IMG/VR virus record: IMGVR_UViG_2537562012_000007
Coordinates: 1-40,599 of that record
Reading direction: 5' to 3' (one strand)
Source of the DNA: a virus
Lineage: Duplodnaviria; Heunggongvirae; Uroviricota; Caudoviricetes
Length of the DNA stretch: 40,599 bases
The position numbers and the translations under genes are program-made. Positions 17,334-27,024 of the stretch are shown here, in pieces; position 1 is the stretch's first letter, and the number at the start of each line of letters is the position of its first letter. Under the pieces are notes generated by a model that was not told where the DNA came from, searched no databases, and saw only the letters and a list, made by a program, of their open reading frames with translations.

Positions 17334-17540
17334 GTCAGAGTCTTTCAGTCTGCGATGATGGGAAATCCCGGAGTGACTGAAGGACGTTTAAGTTATGAAT
17401 GATCGCCTTTTTTTGCAAAATTGCTGTGCAGAAATACTAACCTTCGGGCAGGCGATCATTCATAAGCACTCTGCTTTTATTCCGATTAACTGTGGGTGGT
17501 TTGTTGGATAGAGTGCTTTCCTTACTGTATATATTGTTTC

Positions 17541-17565
17541 GCCCGCTTTTGCGGGCTTTTCTTTT
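17541..17565 (+). terminator. Rho-independent terminator upstream of the holin gene (candidate tR' analogue)
   Basis: GCCCGC-TTTT-GCGGGC followed by TTTTCTTTTC. Confidence 0.6.
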
Positions 17566-17625
17566 CAAATCCCTTTCATTTCTCAGTGTAAAACTACGCC
17601 ATCCGTTATTTGCGGAGGTGAGGCT

Positions 17626-17841
17626 ATGAAATCCATGGACAAAATTTCAACGGGCATTGCCTATGGCACCTCCGCAGGCAGTGCTGGCTACTGGTTTTTA
17701 CAGTGGCTTGATCAGGTCAGTCCGTCACAGTGGGCTGCGATTGGTGTACTGGGGAGTCTGGTTCTGGGCTTCCTGACTTATCTGACAAATCTGTACTTCA
17801 AAATCAGAGAAGACAAGCGTAAGGCTGCACGGGGAGAGTAA
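17626..17841 (+). CDS. Phage-21-type pinholin S21 (dual-start S71/S68)
   Basis: [30 protein letters not shown]... matches S21 as recalled; Met1 and Met4 (17635) give the antiholin/holin dual-start arrangement. Confidence 0.9.
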   Translation: MKSMDKISTGIAYGTSAGSAGYWFLQWLDQVSPSQWAAIGVLGSLVLGFLTYLTNLYFKIREDKRKAARGE

Positions 17842-17845
17842 TTCA

Positions 17846-18160
17846 ATGACTCAAAACTATGAACTGATTGTGAAAGGGATCCGCAATTTTGAGAATAAAG
17901 TTACGGTAACTTTAGCGTTACGGGACAAAAAACGCTTTGACGGTGAAATTTTTGACCTGGACATCTCGCTGGACCGTGTTGAAGGTGCAGCGCTGGAGTT
18001 TTATGAGGCAGCAGCCAGAAGGAGCATCAGACAGGTCTTCCTGGATGTTGCTGCCGGGTTATGTGAAGGGGACGAGCTGTTGCCAGAAACGCGCCCCTGT
18101 TCAGAGGCGCGGTATACCATAAAAATTAACAGTTCTGATAACTCGATTACGGGTTGTTAG
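17846..18160 (+). CDS. Hypothetical protein (104 aa) between holin and endolysin
   Basis: ATG 4 nt after the S21 stop with GGGGAGAG RBS; no recognisable domain. Confidence 0.5.
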   Translation: MTQNYELIVKGIRNFENKVTVTLALRDKKRFDGEIFDLDISLDRVEGAALEFYEAAARRSIRQVFLDVAAGLCEGDELLPETRPCSEARYTIKINSSDNSITGC

Positions 18161-18215
18161 CTTTTTGCAGTTGGCTTTCCAGTATCTTTCATTGGTAGCA
18201 TCCTGATAAATATCC

Positions 18216-18749
18216 ATGAGCGCAAAAATCAAATACGGCCTGTCAGCTGCTGTTCTGGCGCTGATTGCTGCAGGCGCGTCTGCTCCTCAAATACTTGACC
18301 AGTTTCTGGATGAAAAAGAGGGTAACCACACTACGGCATACCGCGATGGTTCCGGTATATGGACCATCTGTCGTGGTGCCACAATGGTGGATGGTAAGCC
18401 CGTCATACCGGGAATGAAGCTGTCGAAGGAAGAATGCGACCAGGTTAACGCCATTGAGCGTGATAAGGCGCTGGCATGGGTGGAGAAAAACATCAAAGTG
18501 CCATTGAGCGAACCCCAGAAAGCGGGTATAGCGTCATTTTGTCCCTATAACATTGGCCCCGGTAAGTGTTTCCCGTCGACGTTTTATAAGCGGCTGAATG
18601 CCGGTGATCGTAAGGGTGCATGCGAGGCGATTCGCTGGTGGATAAAAGATGGTGGGCGCGATTGCCGCATACGTTCAAATAACTGCTATGGACAGGTTAT
18701 TCGCCGTGACCAGGAAGCGGCACTGGTGTGCTGGGGTATCGACAGCTAG
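18216..18749 (+). CDS. Endolysin, T4-lysozyme-like muramidase with N-terminal signal-anchor (SAR)
   Basis: N-terminal hydrophobic LSAAVLALIAAGASA followed by an E-x8-D-x5-T catalytic triad pattern (EGNHTTAYRDGSGIWT); follows a pinholin, as in phage 21. Confidence 0.85.
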   Translation: MSAKIKYGLSAAVLALIAAGASAPQILDQFLDEKEGNHTTAYRDGSGIWTICRGATMVDGKPVIPGMKLSKEECDQVNAIERDKALAWVEKNIKVPLSEPQKAGIASFCPYNIGPGKCFPSTFYKRLNAGDRKGACEAIRWWIKDGGRDCRIRSNNCYGQVIRRDQEAALVCWGIDS

Positions 18750-19451
18750 CAGAATATTTTGCTGAAAAATGGCGTGTGCTCCCGCGAGCGGATAACACGA
18801 AATCCTGCAAACTGGCAAAAGGTAAGTGAATAAAAGTAAAACCCCGGCTGGGGGAACAGTCCGGGGTTGCATTTTGACAAATCAGACATGGATATAATTC
18901 ATGCAGGTAAAGGATAACAATAAAACCTTTCTGAGTATAGGGTGCAGTATGACACCTAAAGCAGCAAATATTGCCGGAATTATTCTTGCATTATCGGCAA
19001 TGATCGGGGCAATTGGTTTTGCGGTTGCAGCGATAGCATATGTTTGTAGATAAGACAGAAAATACGGCGAATCTCTGCCTTATCCGGGCGGTGGCTTTTG
19101 CCATTAAGTGGGTGGCGGTTGGCATCGCCGTGTCTCCGATGCTGTATGGGCTGGCAAAATTGATTGTTGCTCTGAAATCGTGAGTGGTGATGGGTGTCAT
19201 GAGGGACATGGCAACTGATGATAAAAGCAGAAACAACTTCGCAGGGTGCTGACGATGCCGCAAAAATCATCGCGGTATGCCGGGGCATCAGACATATACT
19301 GACGCCAGTTGCATGGATTATTTGTACTGCACTGGTTGCATACACAACAATTTATTTAAACAGATGAGTGCTGATTTTATTCGGGCAACGGCCTTTGCAA
19401 TTCGCCTTGTGGCGGTCGCTGTTCTGGTCTGGGCAATCCGTTGGTGGTGAT

Positions 19452-19919
19452 ATGAACCGTGTTCTGTATGTAGTGATTGCTATGCTGCTGGTGGCCTGTG
19501 TTGTGCTTAGTCTGGGGCTGAATCATTACCGTGATAACGCCATCGCCTACAAAGAACAGCGTGATAAAAAAGTCAGTGAGCTGAAGCAGGCGACCGCCAC
19601 CATCGCTGACATGCAGCAGCGTCAGCGTGATGTTGCTGCGATCGATGCAAAATACACGAAGGAGTTAGCCGATGCGAAAACTGAAAATGAAACTCTGCGC
19701 GCTGATGTTGCCGCTGGTCGTAAGCGCCTGCGGGTCAATGCCAGTTGCTCCGCAGCCGTGCGTGAAGCCACCGGACCCACCAGCATGGATAATGCAACCA
19801 GCCCCCGACTGGCAGACACCGCTGAACGGGATTATTTCACCCTCAGAGAACGGTTGATGACGATGCAGAAGCAACTGGAAGGGGCGCAGGAATATATCCG
19901 CACCCAGCGCATTAAGTAG
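19452..19919 (+). CDS. Spanin, inner-membrane subunit Rz
   Basis: MNRVLYVVIAMLLVACVVLSLGLNHYRDNAIAYK... aligns to lambda Rz along its length. Confidence 0.85.
   Translation: MNRVLYVVIAMLLVACVVLSLGLNHYRDNAIAYKEQRDKKVSELKQATATIADMQQRQRDVAAIDAKYTKELADAKTENETLRADVAAGRKRLRVNASCSAAVREATGPTSMDNATSPRLADTAERDYFTLRERLMTMQKQLEGAQEYIRTQRIK
19672..19857 (+). CDS. Spanin, outer-membrane lipoprotein subunit Rz1 (embedded in Rz, +1 frame)
   Basis: MRKLKMKLCALMLPLVVSACGS... lipobox and proline-rich body, as in lambda Rz1. Confidence 0.8.
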   Translation: MRKLKMKLCALMLPLVVSACGSMPVAPQPCVKPPDPPAWIMQPAPDWQTPLNGIISPSENG

Positions 19920-19940
19920 CTGGAGAAAAAACACGAATCT

Positions 19941-20303
19941 GTGGTTTTTACTGAGCGCGGTGTACACGGTGGAACATATGGCGGGAAGTTTGTTGCTTAT
20001 GATTATGCAGCATGGCTAAACCCCGGATTTAAATATGCAGCCTATAAAGTCCTGGATGACTACTTCACCGGAGAACTTCAGCATCGCAACAGCTTAAGTG
20101 CGCAGCTCAATATGAAGTGTCATGAGTTTGATCAGAAAAAAGATATGGCGAGCTTCTGTGGACAAGGGCTGGCGGCATGGCGCTATACGAAGCCAGTGTT
20201 GGTCGCTGAGATTAACTCCCTGGCTAACCAGCTGCAGATAACGATCCCCGGGCTGTCCGGTATTTGCCGGTATGAAATTACCGGAAGGCGCGGTCGTTAC
20301 TGA
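19941..20303 (+). CDS. KilA-N-like domain protein, possibly 5'-truncated
   Basis: GGTYGGKFVAYDYAAWLNPGFKYAAY resembles the conserved C-terminal half of KilA-N domains; the frame opens directly after the Rz stop and the only start is a GTG. Confidence 0.4.
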   Translation: MVFTERGVHGGTYGGKFVAYDYAAWLNPGFKYAAYKVLDDYFTGELQHRNSLSAQLNMKCHEFDQKKDMASFCGQGLAAWRYTKPVLVAEINSLANQLQITIPGLSGICRYEITGRRGRY

Positions 20304-20559
20304 GTAACAGCAGGCATTACAGCAGCCCTTCACTGAGGGGCTGCGATAATGTGAGGAATAAAAAACCGGCAGGGGAAATCCATTGAAGATTTGCCGGTGG
20401 CAAAAGATGGCCATGCTTTTAACCTTAGTAGCAGAGTTACGGAGTTCAACAACGACCGTCGCCGTTATCTTGCTGAAAGGCGTTTCAATGATTTTCATCA
20501 ATTTATTCATCAGCAATGGTGATAATCACTCTCATTTTGGCGGGTCCTTCCGGTGGGGT

Positions 20560-20640
20560 GGCCTGCCACGGGGCGGGAGCGTCGCGGATTTTCGCTATTT
20601 ATGAAAATTTTTCGGGAAAAAGCGTGTCGGTACTTCTCGT
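20560..20640. other. cos site (cosN and adjacent cosB-like region)
   Basis: GGGCGGGAGCGTCGCGGATTTTCGCTATTTATGAAAATTTTTCGG is highly similar to the lambda left end as I recall it (GGGCGGCGACCTCGCGGGTTTTCGCTATTTATGAAAATTTTCCGG); about 180 bp upstream of Nu1. Confidence 0.6.
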
Positions 20641-20758
20641 GTATAACTCATTGTTTTTTCATCAATCACATCCGTAAAAGGTCCGACATGAAAGTGCCCG
20701 AAAAAGACGTTTTTGAGCACTTCCATGTCGGACCCTGCATTTGATATGGAAATGTTTT

Positions 20759-21307
20759 ATGAAGGTTAATAAAAAGAAGCTCGCGGAAATTTTCAACGTG
20801 GATCCACGAACGATTGAACGCTGGCAGTCTCAGGGGCTCTCTTGTGTCTCTGGTGGTAGTAAGGGGGTTGAATCTGTATTTGATACCGCCATGGCAATTC
20901 AGTGGTATGCGCAGCGCGAAGCCGATATTGAAAACGAAAAACTCCGCAAAGAGACCGAGGATTTGCGTGCGGCTGCGGAATCAGATTTACAACCCGGCAC
21001 CATTGACTATGAGCGCTACCGACTCACAAAAGCACAGGCTGATGCACAGGAACTGAAAAATGCCCGCGAAGAAGGGCTGGTACTGGAAACGGAATTGTTT
21101 ACCTTCATTCTGCAACGTGTGGCACAGGAGATTTCGGGGATACTTGTACGTGTGCCGCTGACATTACAGCGTAAATATCCGGATATTTCACCGTCACACC
21201 TTGATGTGGTGAAAACTGAAATCGCAAAAGCCTCCAACGTTGCAGCTAAAGCTGGTGAGAACGTAGGCGGGGGGATTGATGATTTCAGACGCACAGAAGG
21301 CAGCTAA
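20759..21307 (+). CDS. Terminase small subunit (Nu1)
   Basis: [27 protein letters not shown]... aligns with lambda Nu1. Confidence 0.9.
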   Translation: MKVNKKKLAEIFNVDPRTIERWQSQGLSCVSGGSKGVESVFDTAMAIQWYAQREADIENEKLRKETEDLRAAAESDLQPGTIDYERYRLTKAQADAQELKNAREEGLVLETELFTFILQRVAQEISGILVRVPLTLQRKYPDISPSHLDVVKTEIAKASNVAAKAGENVGGGIDDFRRTEGS

Positions 21308-23195
21308 TGCAGCCGGTGCGATAGCAACAGGGCTTGTATCTCTCAATATTCCGGTACCACTGACGACAGTTCAGTGGGCTGATCAGCATTATTATCTGCC
21401 AAAAGAGTCTTCATATACTCCCGGGCAATGGGAAACACTGCCGTTTCAGGTTGCCATCATGAACAGCATGGGGAATGACCGGATCCGCACCGTTAATCTG
21501 ATTAAATCGGCGCGTGTTGGTTACACCAAAATGCTGTTGGGGGTGGAGGCTTATTTTATTGAACACAAATCCCGTAACAGCCTGCTTTTTCAGCCGACAG
21601 ATTCTGCGGCAGAAGATTTTATGAAATCCCATGTCGAACCAACGATAAGAGACGTTCCTGTATTACTGGAGCTGGCTCCGTGGTTTGGCAGAAAACATCG
21701 GGACAACACGCTTACCCTGAAACGTTTCTCCTCCGGTGTGGGATTCTGGTGTCTGGGCGGAGCTGCTGCCAAAAACTACCGTGAAAAATCTGTGGATGTG
21801 GTCTGCTATGACGAACTCTCCTCGTTTGAACCGGATGTGGAAAAAGAAGGTTCACCAACTCTGCTTGGCGATAAGCGTATCGAAGGTTCGGTATGGCCTA
21901 AATCCATACGCGGCTCAACGCCCAAAATTAAAGGTTTTTGCCAGATTGAAAAAGCCGCGAACGAATCTGCACATTTTATGCGGTTTTATGTGCCATGCCC
22001 TCATTGTGGTGAAGCCCAGTATCTGAAGTTTGGCGATGATGCGACAACCTTTGGCCTGAAATGGGAGAAGGGCAAGCCGGAGACGGTGTATTACCTGTGT
22101 GAACATAATGGCTGCGTGATCCGTCAGTCGGAACTTGACCAGACCGACGGGCGGTGGATTTGTGACAATACCGGGATGTGGACGCGTGACGGTCTGACAT
22201 TTTACAGCGCCGGTGATGAGGAAATCCCGCCACCGCGCTCAATCTCGTATCACATCTGGACGGCATACAGCCCGTTCACCACCTGGGTACAGATTGTTTA
22301 TGACTGGCTTGATGCACTGAAGGATCCGAATGGCGTCAAGACGTTCATTAACACCACGCTGGGGGAGCCTTATGAAGAGGCTGTGGCAGAAAAACTGAGC
22401 TTTGAGTTGTTGCTGGAAAAAGTCTGCCACTATGATGCGCAGGTTCCCCTGCGGGTGGTTTACCTGACCGCAGGGATCGACTCTCAGAAAAACCGTTATG
22501 AGATTTATGTCTGGGGCTGGGCTCCTGGCGAAGAAGCTTTTCTGATTGACAAGCAGATCATCATGGGGAGACCGGAAGATGAGGACACCCTTAAACGCGT
22601 TGATGCCGTGATCCGGAAAAAATACCGTCATGCAGATGGCACTGAAATTTCCATTTCCCGCGTCTGCTGGGATACCGGTGGTATTGACCAGGACATTGTG
22701 TATCAGCGATCCAGAAAACACGGCACTTTTTTTGTGCTCCCCATCAAAGGGGCGTCGGTGTACGGCAAGCCGGTGATCACCATGCCAAAAAAGCGAAACC
22801 AGCGTGGGGGGTTTTTGTGTGAGGTGGGTTCCGATACCGTCAAGGAAATGCTGTATGCGCGTTTTGCCCTGCCGGTGGTATCTGCCAGTGAAGTCGCACC
22901 GTATACCTTCCGTTTTCCGGATAACCCGGACATTTTTTCTGATGTTGAAGCTAAACAACTCGTGGCAGAAGAGCTGGTTGAAAAAGTTGTGAACGGGCGG
23001 GTGAAACTCCAGTGGGATGCCAGAAAACGGCGTAATGAAGCTCTGGACTGTCTGGTGTATGCCTATGCAGCGCTGCGCATTTCCGTTCAGCGGTGGCAAC
23101 TGGATCTGGATGCACTGGCCCGCGCCAGAAGAGATGAACAGGACGACGATGAAATGACTATTGAAGAAATCGCGGCTGCTCTGAGTGGAGGATAA
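21279..23195 (+). CDS. Terminase large subunit (gpA)
   Basis: Aligns with lambda gpA over its whole length (e.g. [42 protein letters not shown]). Confidence 0.95.
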   Translation: MISDAQKAANAAGAIATGLVSLNIPVPLTTVQWADQHYYLPKESSYTPGQWETLPFQVAIMNSMGNDRIRTVNLIKSARVGYTKMLLGVEAYFIEHKSRNSLLFQPTDSAAEDFMKSHVEPTIRDVPVLLELAPWFGRKHRDNTLTLKRFSSGVGFWCLGGAAAKNYREKSVDVVCYDELSSFEPDVEKEGSPTLLGDKRIEGSVWPKSIRGSTPKIKGFCQIEKAANESAHFMRFYVPCPHCGEAQYLKFGDDATTFGLKWEKGKPETVYYLCEHNGCVIRQSELDQTDGRWICDNTGMWTRDGLTFYSAGDEEIPPPRSISYHIWTAYSPFTTWVQIVYDWLDALKDPNGVKTFINTTLGEPYEEAVAEKLSFELLLEKVCHYDAQVPLRVVYLTAGIDSQKNRYEIYVWGWAPGEEAFLIDKQIIMGRPEDEDTLKRVDAVIRKKYRHADGTEISISRVCWDTGGIDQDIVYQRSRKHGTFFVLPIKGASVYGKPVITMPKKRNQRGGFLCEVGSDTVKEMLYARFALPVVSASEVAPYTFRFPDNPDIFSDVEAKQLVAEELVEKVVNGRVKLQWDARKRRNEALDCLVYAYAALRISVQRWQLDLDALARARRDEQDDDEMTIEEIAAALSGG

Positions 23196-23198
23196 GTG

Positions 23199-23408
23199 AT
23201 GATTTATACGCATGAAATGCTATGCGATGCCCGCCGGGCGTTACATGAACTGATGATCGGACGTGCTGTGGTTTCCGTCAGCAAGGACGGGCGTCAGGTT
23301 CAGTATTCGCGGGCGACAATTGGTGAACTGCGTCAGTATATTGAAGAGCTGGAAAGTGCGCTGGGTGTATCCGGACGGCGTCGTGGCCCGGCAGGAGTGG
23401 GGCTGTGA
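23199..23408 (+). CDS. Head-tail joining protein (gpW)
   Basis: ARRALHELMIGRAVVSVSKDGRQVQYSRATIGELRQYIEELE ... RRRGPAG matches lambda W. Confidence 0.85.
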   Translation: MIYTHEMLCDARRALHELMIGRAVVSVSKDGRQVQYSRATIGELRQYIEELESALGVSGRRRGPAGVGL

Positions 23409-24976
23409 ACGGGGAACTGGTGGATATTCATGGGCAGCCTTTACGGCAAAGCATGGGATATTCTGGTGGTGGTTCCGGGTTCGGTGGGCAAATGGCAGAA
23501 TGGCTGCCTGCACCGGAAAGTGCCGACGTGGCGCTCTTACCTTCCATTCAGCTGGGTAACGCCCGTGCGGATGATCTGGTCCGTAACAACGGTATTGCCG
23601 CAAATGCTGTGGAAATTCATAAAGACCATATCGTCGGCCACATGTTTCGCCTGAGCTATCGACCCAACTGGCGCTGGCTGGGGATGTCGGAAGCTGATTC
23701 GCATGCCTTTATTGAAGATGTGGAGGCGGCGTGGATGGAATATTGCGATCCTGTGTTTGGTTCGATGGATGTGGAGGGACGTCGTTCGTTTACCGAATTT
23801 ATTCGTGAAGGGGTGGGCGTTCATACGTTTAACGGTGAAATTTTTGTCCAGCCCGTATGGGATACGGAATCCACGTCATTATTCAGAACAAAATTCAAGA
23901 CCATCAGTCCGAAGCGCGTCAGCACGCCCGGTTATGGCATCGGCGATCGTTTTATGCGTGCCGGAGGGGAAATCAACCGTTACGGAAAGGCGATGGCTTA
24001 TCATGTTCAGAACGATGACTGGCCTGGCTACGGTGTCAGTAACTGGACACGGATTGCGGCGACGCTGCCCTCCGGGCGGCCGGGAATGATCCATGTGTTT
24101 CAGCCACAGGAGGACGGACAGACGCGCGGGGCCAACCAGTTTTATTCCGTGATGGAGCGCCTCAAGATGCTCGACACACTGCAGGCTACGCAACTGCAGT
24201 CGGCGGTGGTGCGGGCGATGTATGCCGCGACGATTGAATCCACACTGGATTCGGAAAAAGCATTTGAATATATCGCCGGGGTGGGAAATGGCGGTAAAAA
24301 TCCCCTGAACACCATCATGAAAGGCTATGCGCGCTATTACGCCACCAATACGGTAAAGATGGGTGGGGTTCGTATTCCGCATCTTTATCCGGGGGATTCA
24401 CTGAATCTGCAGACAGCACAGAATGCGGATAATGGTTTCTCTGAACTGGAAAAGGCGCTGTTACGTTACATTGCTGCCGGACTGGGCATGTCCTATGAGC
24501 AGCTTTCCCGTGATTATTCACAGGTCAGTTATTCCAGTGCCAGGGCATCCGCCAATGAGTCGTGGCGGTATTTTATGGGGAAACGAAAATTTGTGGCCAG
24601 CCGACTGGCGTCACAGATGTTTGCCTGCTGGCTGGAGGAAGCCCTTATTCGCGGTGTGATCCGCCCGCCGAAATCCCGTTTCTCATTCTGGGAGGCCCGT
24701 TCCGGGTGGTGTCGTGCCGAGTGGATTGGTGCCGGCCGCATGGCGATTGATGGCCTTAAGGAGGTGCAGGAGGCGGTGATGCGTATTGAAGGTGGCCTGA
24801 GTACATACGAGAAGGAGCTGGCCCTGATGGGAGATGACTATCAGGAGATTTTCCGCCAGCAACTGCGTGAAAGCCAGGAGCGACAGGCTGCCGGTCTTCC
24901 CCGCCCCATCTGGATAAAGGATACGTTTCAGCAGCAGATCCGACAGACAACGGGAGGAAAAGGCGATGCGTCGTAA
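23405..24976 (+). CDS. Portal protein (gpB)
   Basis: Aligns with lambda gpB (GGGSGFGGQ, NARADDLVRNNG, SYEQLSRDYSQVSYSSARASANESW); GTG start overlapping the W stop. Confidence 0.9.
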   Translation: MNGELVDIHGQPLRQSMGYSGGGSGFGGQMAEWLPAPESADVALLPSIQLGNARADDLVRNNGIAANAVEIHKDHIVGHMFRLSYRPNWRWLGMSEADSHAFIEDVEAAWMEYCDPVFGSMDVEGRRSFTEFIREGVGVHTFNGEIFVQPVWDTESTSLFRTKFKTISPKRVSTPGYGIGDRFMRAGGEINRYGKAMAYHVQNDDWPGYGVSNWTRIAATLPSGRPGMIHVFQPQEDGQTRGANQFYSVMERLKMLDTLQATQLQSAVVRAMYAATIESTLDSEKAFEYIAGVGNGGKNPLNTIMKGYARYYATNTVKMGGVRIPHLYPGDSLNLQTAQNADNGFSELEKALLRYIAAGLGMSYEQLSRDYSQVSYSSARASANESWRYFMGKRKFVASRLASQMFACWLEEALIRGVIRPPKSRFSFWEARSGWCRAEWIGAGRMAIDGLKEVQEAVMRIEGGLSTYEKELALMGDDYQEIFRQQLRESQERQAAGLPRPIWIKDTFQQQIRQTTGGKGDAS

Positions 24977-26582
24977 TTTATCGCATATTGCCGCCATGGC
25001 ATTTAATGAGCCGCTTTTACTGGAACCCGCCTATGCGCGGGTTTTCTTTTGCGCGCTGGGTAAGGAGATAGGGGCCGGCAGCCTTGCTGTTCCTCAGCAG
25101 GCTGTTCAGCTTGATGCTGATGGTATGCAACTGGCTGTGACTGACTATATGGCGGGTGGGCAGCGTCCGGCAAAGAGTTACCAGGTGAAGAATGGCATCG
25201 CCATTCTGCCGGTGAGCGGCACGCTGGTGCATAAACTGGGTACCCTGCGCCCTTACTCCGGCATGACAGGTTATGACGGCCTGACAGCCCGTCTTCAGAT
25301 GGCGGTGAATGATCCGGATGTGCGCGGCATTTTGCTGGATATCGACAGCCCGGGCGGTCAGGCTGCCGGGGCGTTTGACTGTGCTGACATGATTTACCGC
25401 CTGCGGGAACAGAAGCCCGTGTGGGCGCTGTGCAATGACATGGCCTGTTCAGCCGCCATGTTGCTGGCGGCAGCCTGTACGCGTCGGCTGGTCACGCAGA
25501 CGGCAAAAATTGGTTCGATTGGTGTGATGATGGCGCACACCAGTTACGAGAAACAACTGGCACAGGAAGGGGTGGACATCACGCTGATTTACTCCGGGCG
25601 GCACAAGGTTGACGGCAACAGTATTCAGGCATTGCCGGCAGGTGTGCGTGCAGATTTTCAGCGCCGTATTGATGAGGCCCGCCGGATGTTTGTCGACAAG
25701 GTGGCGCTTTATACGGGGCTGAGTTCAGAGGCGGTGATGAATACCGAGGCTGCCGTTTATGACGGTCAGGCAGGCATTGATGCAGGTCTGGCTGATCAAC
25801 TGATTAATGCTGCAGATGCCGTTGAAGTGATGGTTTCTGCACTGAATGACTCTGTTACGAAGGAGAATGCAATGACTGTTAAAAATCTCACCGTTGCTGA
25901 AGCGGTGGCCCAGGAAAATCAGCGCGTGATGGGGATCCTGAATTGTCAGGAGGCGAAAGGGCGCGAGCAACTGGCGCAAATGCTGGCAGGTCAGCCTGGA
26001 ATGACGGTTGAGCAGGCGAAAACGTTGCTTGCAGCTGCGCCGGTTGCCGGTACTGACAGCACGGGTGATCAGATTATGGCGCTGCCGGAAGCAAAGGGGC
26101 GTGAGCAACTGGCACAGATGCTGGCAGGTCAACCTGGGATGACGGTGGAGCAGGCGAAAGCGTTTCTGGCGGCAGCCCCTGCTGCCAGTGCTGCAGGCAC
26201 AGGCGATCAGATTATGGCGTTGCCGGAAGCTAAAGGGCGTGAACAACTCGCGCAGGCGCTGGCTGAACAGCCGGGAATGACCGTTGACCAGGCAAAAACG
26301 TTACTGGCGGCGGCACCGGTTGCCGGTTCTGCAAGTGTCGGCGATCAGATTATGGCGCTGCCGGAGGCGAAAGGGCGCAAGCAACTTGCACAGGCACTGG
26401 CAGAACAACCGGGAATGACGGTGGCGCAGGCGAAAAAGTTGCTGGCAGCCGCACCGGCGGCATCGCAACCGTCACAGGAAACACTTTTTGATCGCTTTAT
26501 GGCACAGCATGCTGCCAGTGCGGTTTCCGGAGGCGGAACTGCCGGACACGGAGAAGAAGATCTGCTGATGAGTATGCCGTAA
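24966..26582 (+). CDS. Head maturation protease (gpC, ClpP/S49-like) with C-terminal scaffold region
   Basis: Aligns with lambda gpC (MAFNEPLLLEPAYARVFF, PYSGMTGY, GSIGVMMAH); the C-terminus carries four tandem 46-aa repeats. Confidence 0.9.
   Translation: MRRNLSHIAAMAFNEPLLLEPAYARVFFCALGKEIGAGSLAVPQQAVQLDADGMQLAVTDYMAGGQRPAKSYQVKNGIAILPVSGTLVHKLGTLRPYSGMTGYDGLTARLQMAVNDPDVRGILLDIDSPGGQAAGAFDCADMIYRLREQKPVWALCNDMACSAAMLLAAACTRRLVTQTAKIGSIGVMMAHTSYEKQLAQEGVDITLIYSGRHKVDGNSIQALPAGVRADFQRRIDEARRMFVDKVALYTGLSSEAVMNTEAAVYDGQAGIDAGLADQLINAADAVEVMVSALNDSVTKENAMTVKNLTVAEAVAQENQRVMGILNCQEAKGREQLAQMLAGQPGMTVEQAKTLLAAAPVAGTDSTGDQIMALPEAKGREQLAQMLAGQPGMTVEQAKAFLAAAPAASAAGTGDQIMALPEAKGREQLAQALAEQPGMTVDQAKTLLAAAPVAGSASVGDQIMALPEAKGRKQLAQALAEQPGMTVAQAKKLLAAAPAASQPSQETLFDRFMAQHAASAVSGGGTAGHGEEDLLMSMP
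25872..26582 (+). CDS. Nu3-like scaffold protein, in-frame internal start within gpC
   Basis: In-frame ATG at 25872 preceded by AAGGAG at about 6 nt; analogous to lambda Nu3 nested in C. Confidence 0.5.
   Translation: MTVKNLTVAEAVAQENQRVMGILNCQEAKGREQLAQMLAGQPGMTVEQAKTLLAAAPVAGTDSTGDQIMALPEAKGREQLAQMLAGQPGMTVEQAKAFLAAAPAASAAGTGDQIMALPEAKGREQLAQALAEQPGMTVDQAKTLLAAAPVAGSASVGDQIMALPEAKGRKQLAQALAEQPGMTVAQAKKLLAAAPAASQPSQETLFDRFMAQHAASAVSGGGTAGHGEEDLLMSMP
25945..26475. repeat. Four tandem copies of a 138-bp (46-codon) unit within C/Nu3
   Basis: Protein repeats ALPEAKGREQLAQ(M/A)LA(G/E)QPGMTV(E/D/A)QAK..LLAAAP...GDQIM; lambda C has one such unit as far as I recall. Confidence 0.8.
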
Positions 26583-26619
26583 GCGTTATCCGTGATTCAG
26601 ATAAATCAGGAGACTGAAA

Positions 26620-26955
26620 ATGATTAAAACCACCACAGAAAAGCGCGCGGACAGGCGCATTTTTGCCGGAAGCGATCCGGTGTATACCGCAACAGGTACC
26701 AGTGGTATCAGTGTTGCCACGCCTTCACTGACGCCACTGATGCTGGATGACGCCAGCGGAAAACTGGTGGCATGGGATGGTCAGAAAGCCGGAACGGCTG
26801 TGGGGGGGCTGGTACTGGCGCTGGCCGGGACCGAGCCCACACTGACGTACTACAAAAGCGGTACGTTTGCCACCGAATCGCTGGTCTGGCCGGATTCGGT
26901 GGATGCAGTGAAAAAAGCCAACGCGTTTGTGGGAAGTGCCATCAGCCACGCCTGA
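26620..26955 (+). CDS. Head decoration protein (gpD)
   Basis: TPLMLDDASGKLVAWDG ... TYYKSGTF ... AFVGSAIS matches lambda D. Confidence 0.9.
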   Translation: MIKTTTEKRADRRIFAGSDPVYTATGTSGISVATPSLTPLMLDDASGKLVAWDGQKAGTAVGGLVLALAGTEPTLTYYKSGTFATESLVWPDSVDAVKKANAFVGSAISHA

Positions 26956-27024
26956 TGGTGAAGTGATTAACTGAAAAAACGGGTCGTGATGCGGCCCGTT
27001 TGTGTTTTTAAAGGAAAGTCAATT

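Noticed and set aside
17334-17625. Possible toxin genes (stx-like) between the tRNA cluster and the holin
   Set aside because: No ORF of useful length on either strand; the interval contains only hairpins and a terminator, so there is no Shiga-toxin-like cargo at this position.
22239-23213. 324-aa minus-strand ORF
   Set aside because: Lies entirely antisense to the well-supported terminase large-subunit gene; typical shadow ORF with no RBS or recognisable motif.
25725-26246. 173-aa minus-strand ORF
   Set aside because: Antisense to the tandem-repeat region of C/Nu3; its repetitive translation simply mirrors the sense-strand repeats.
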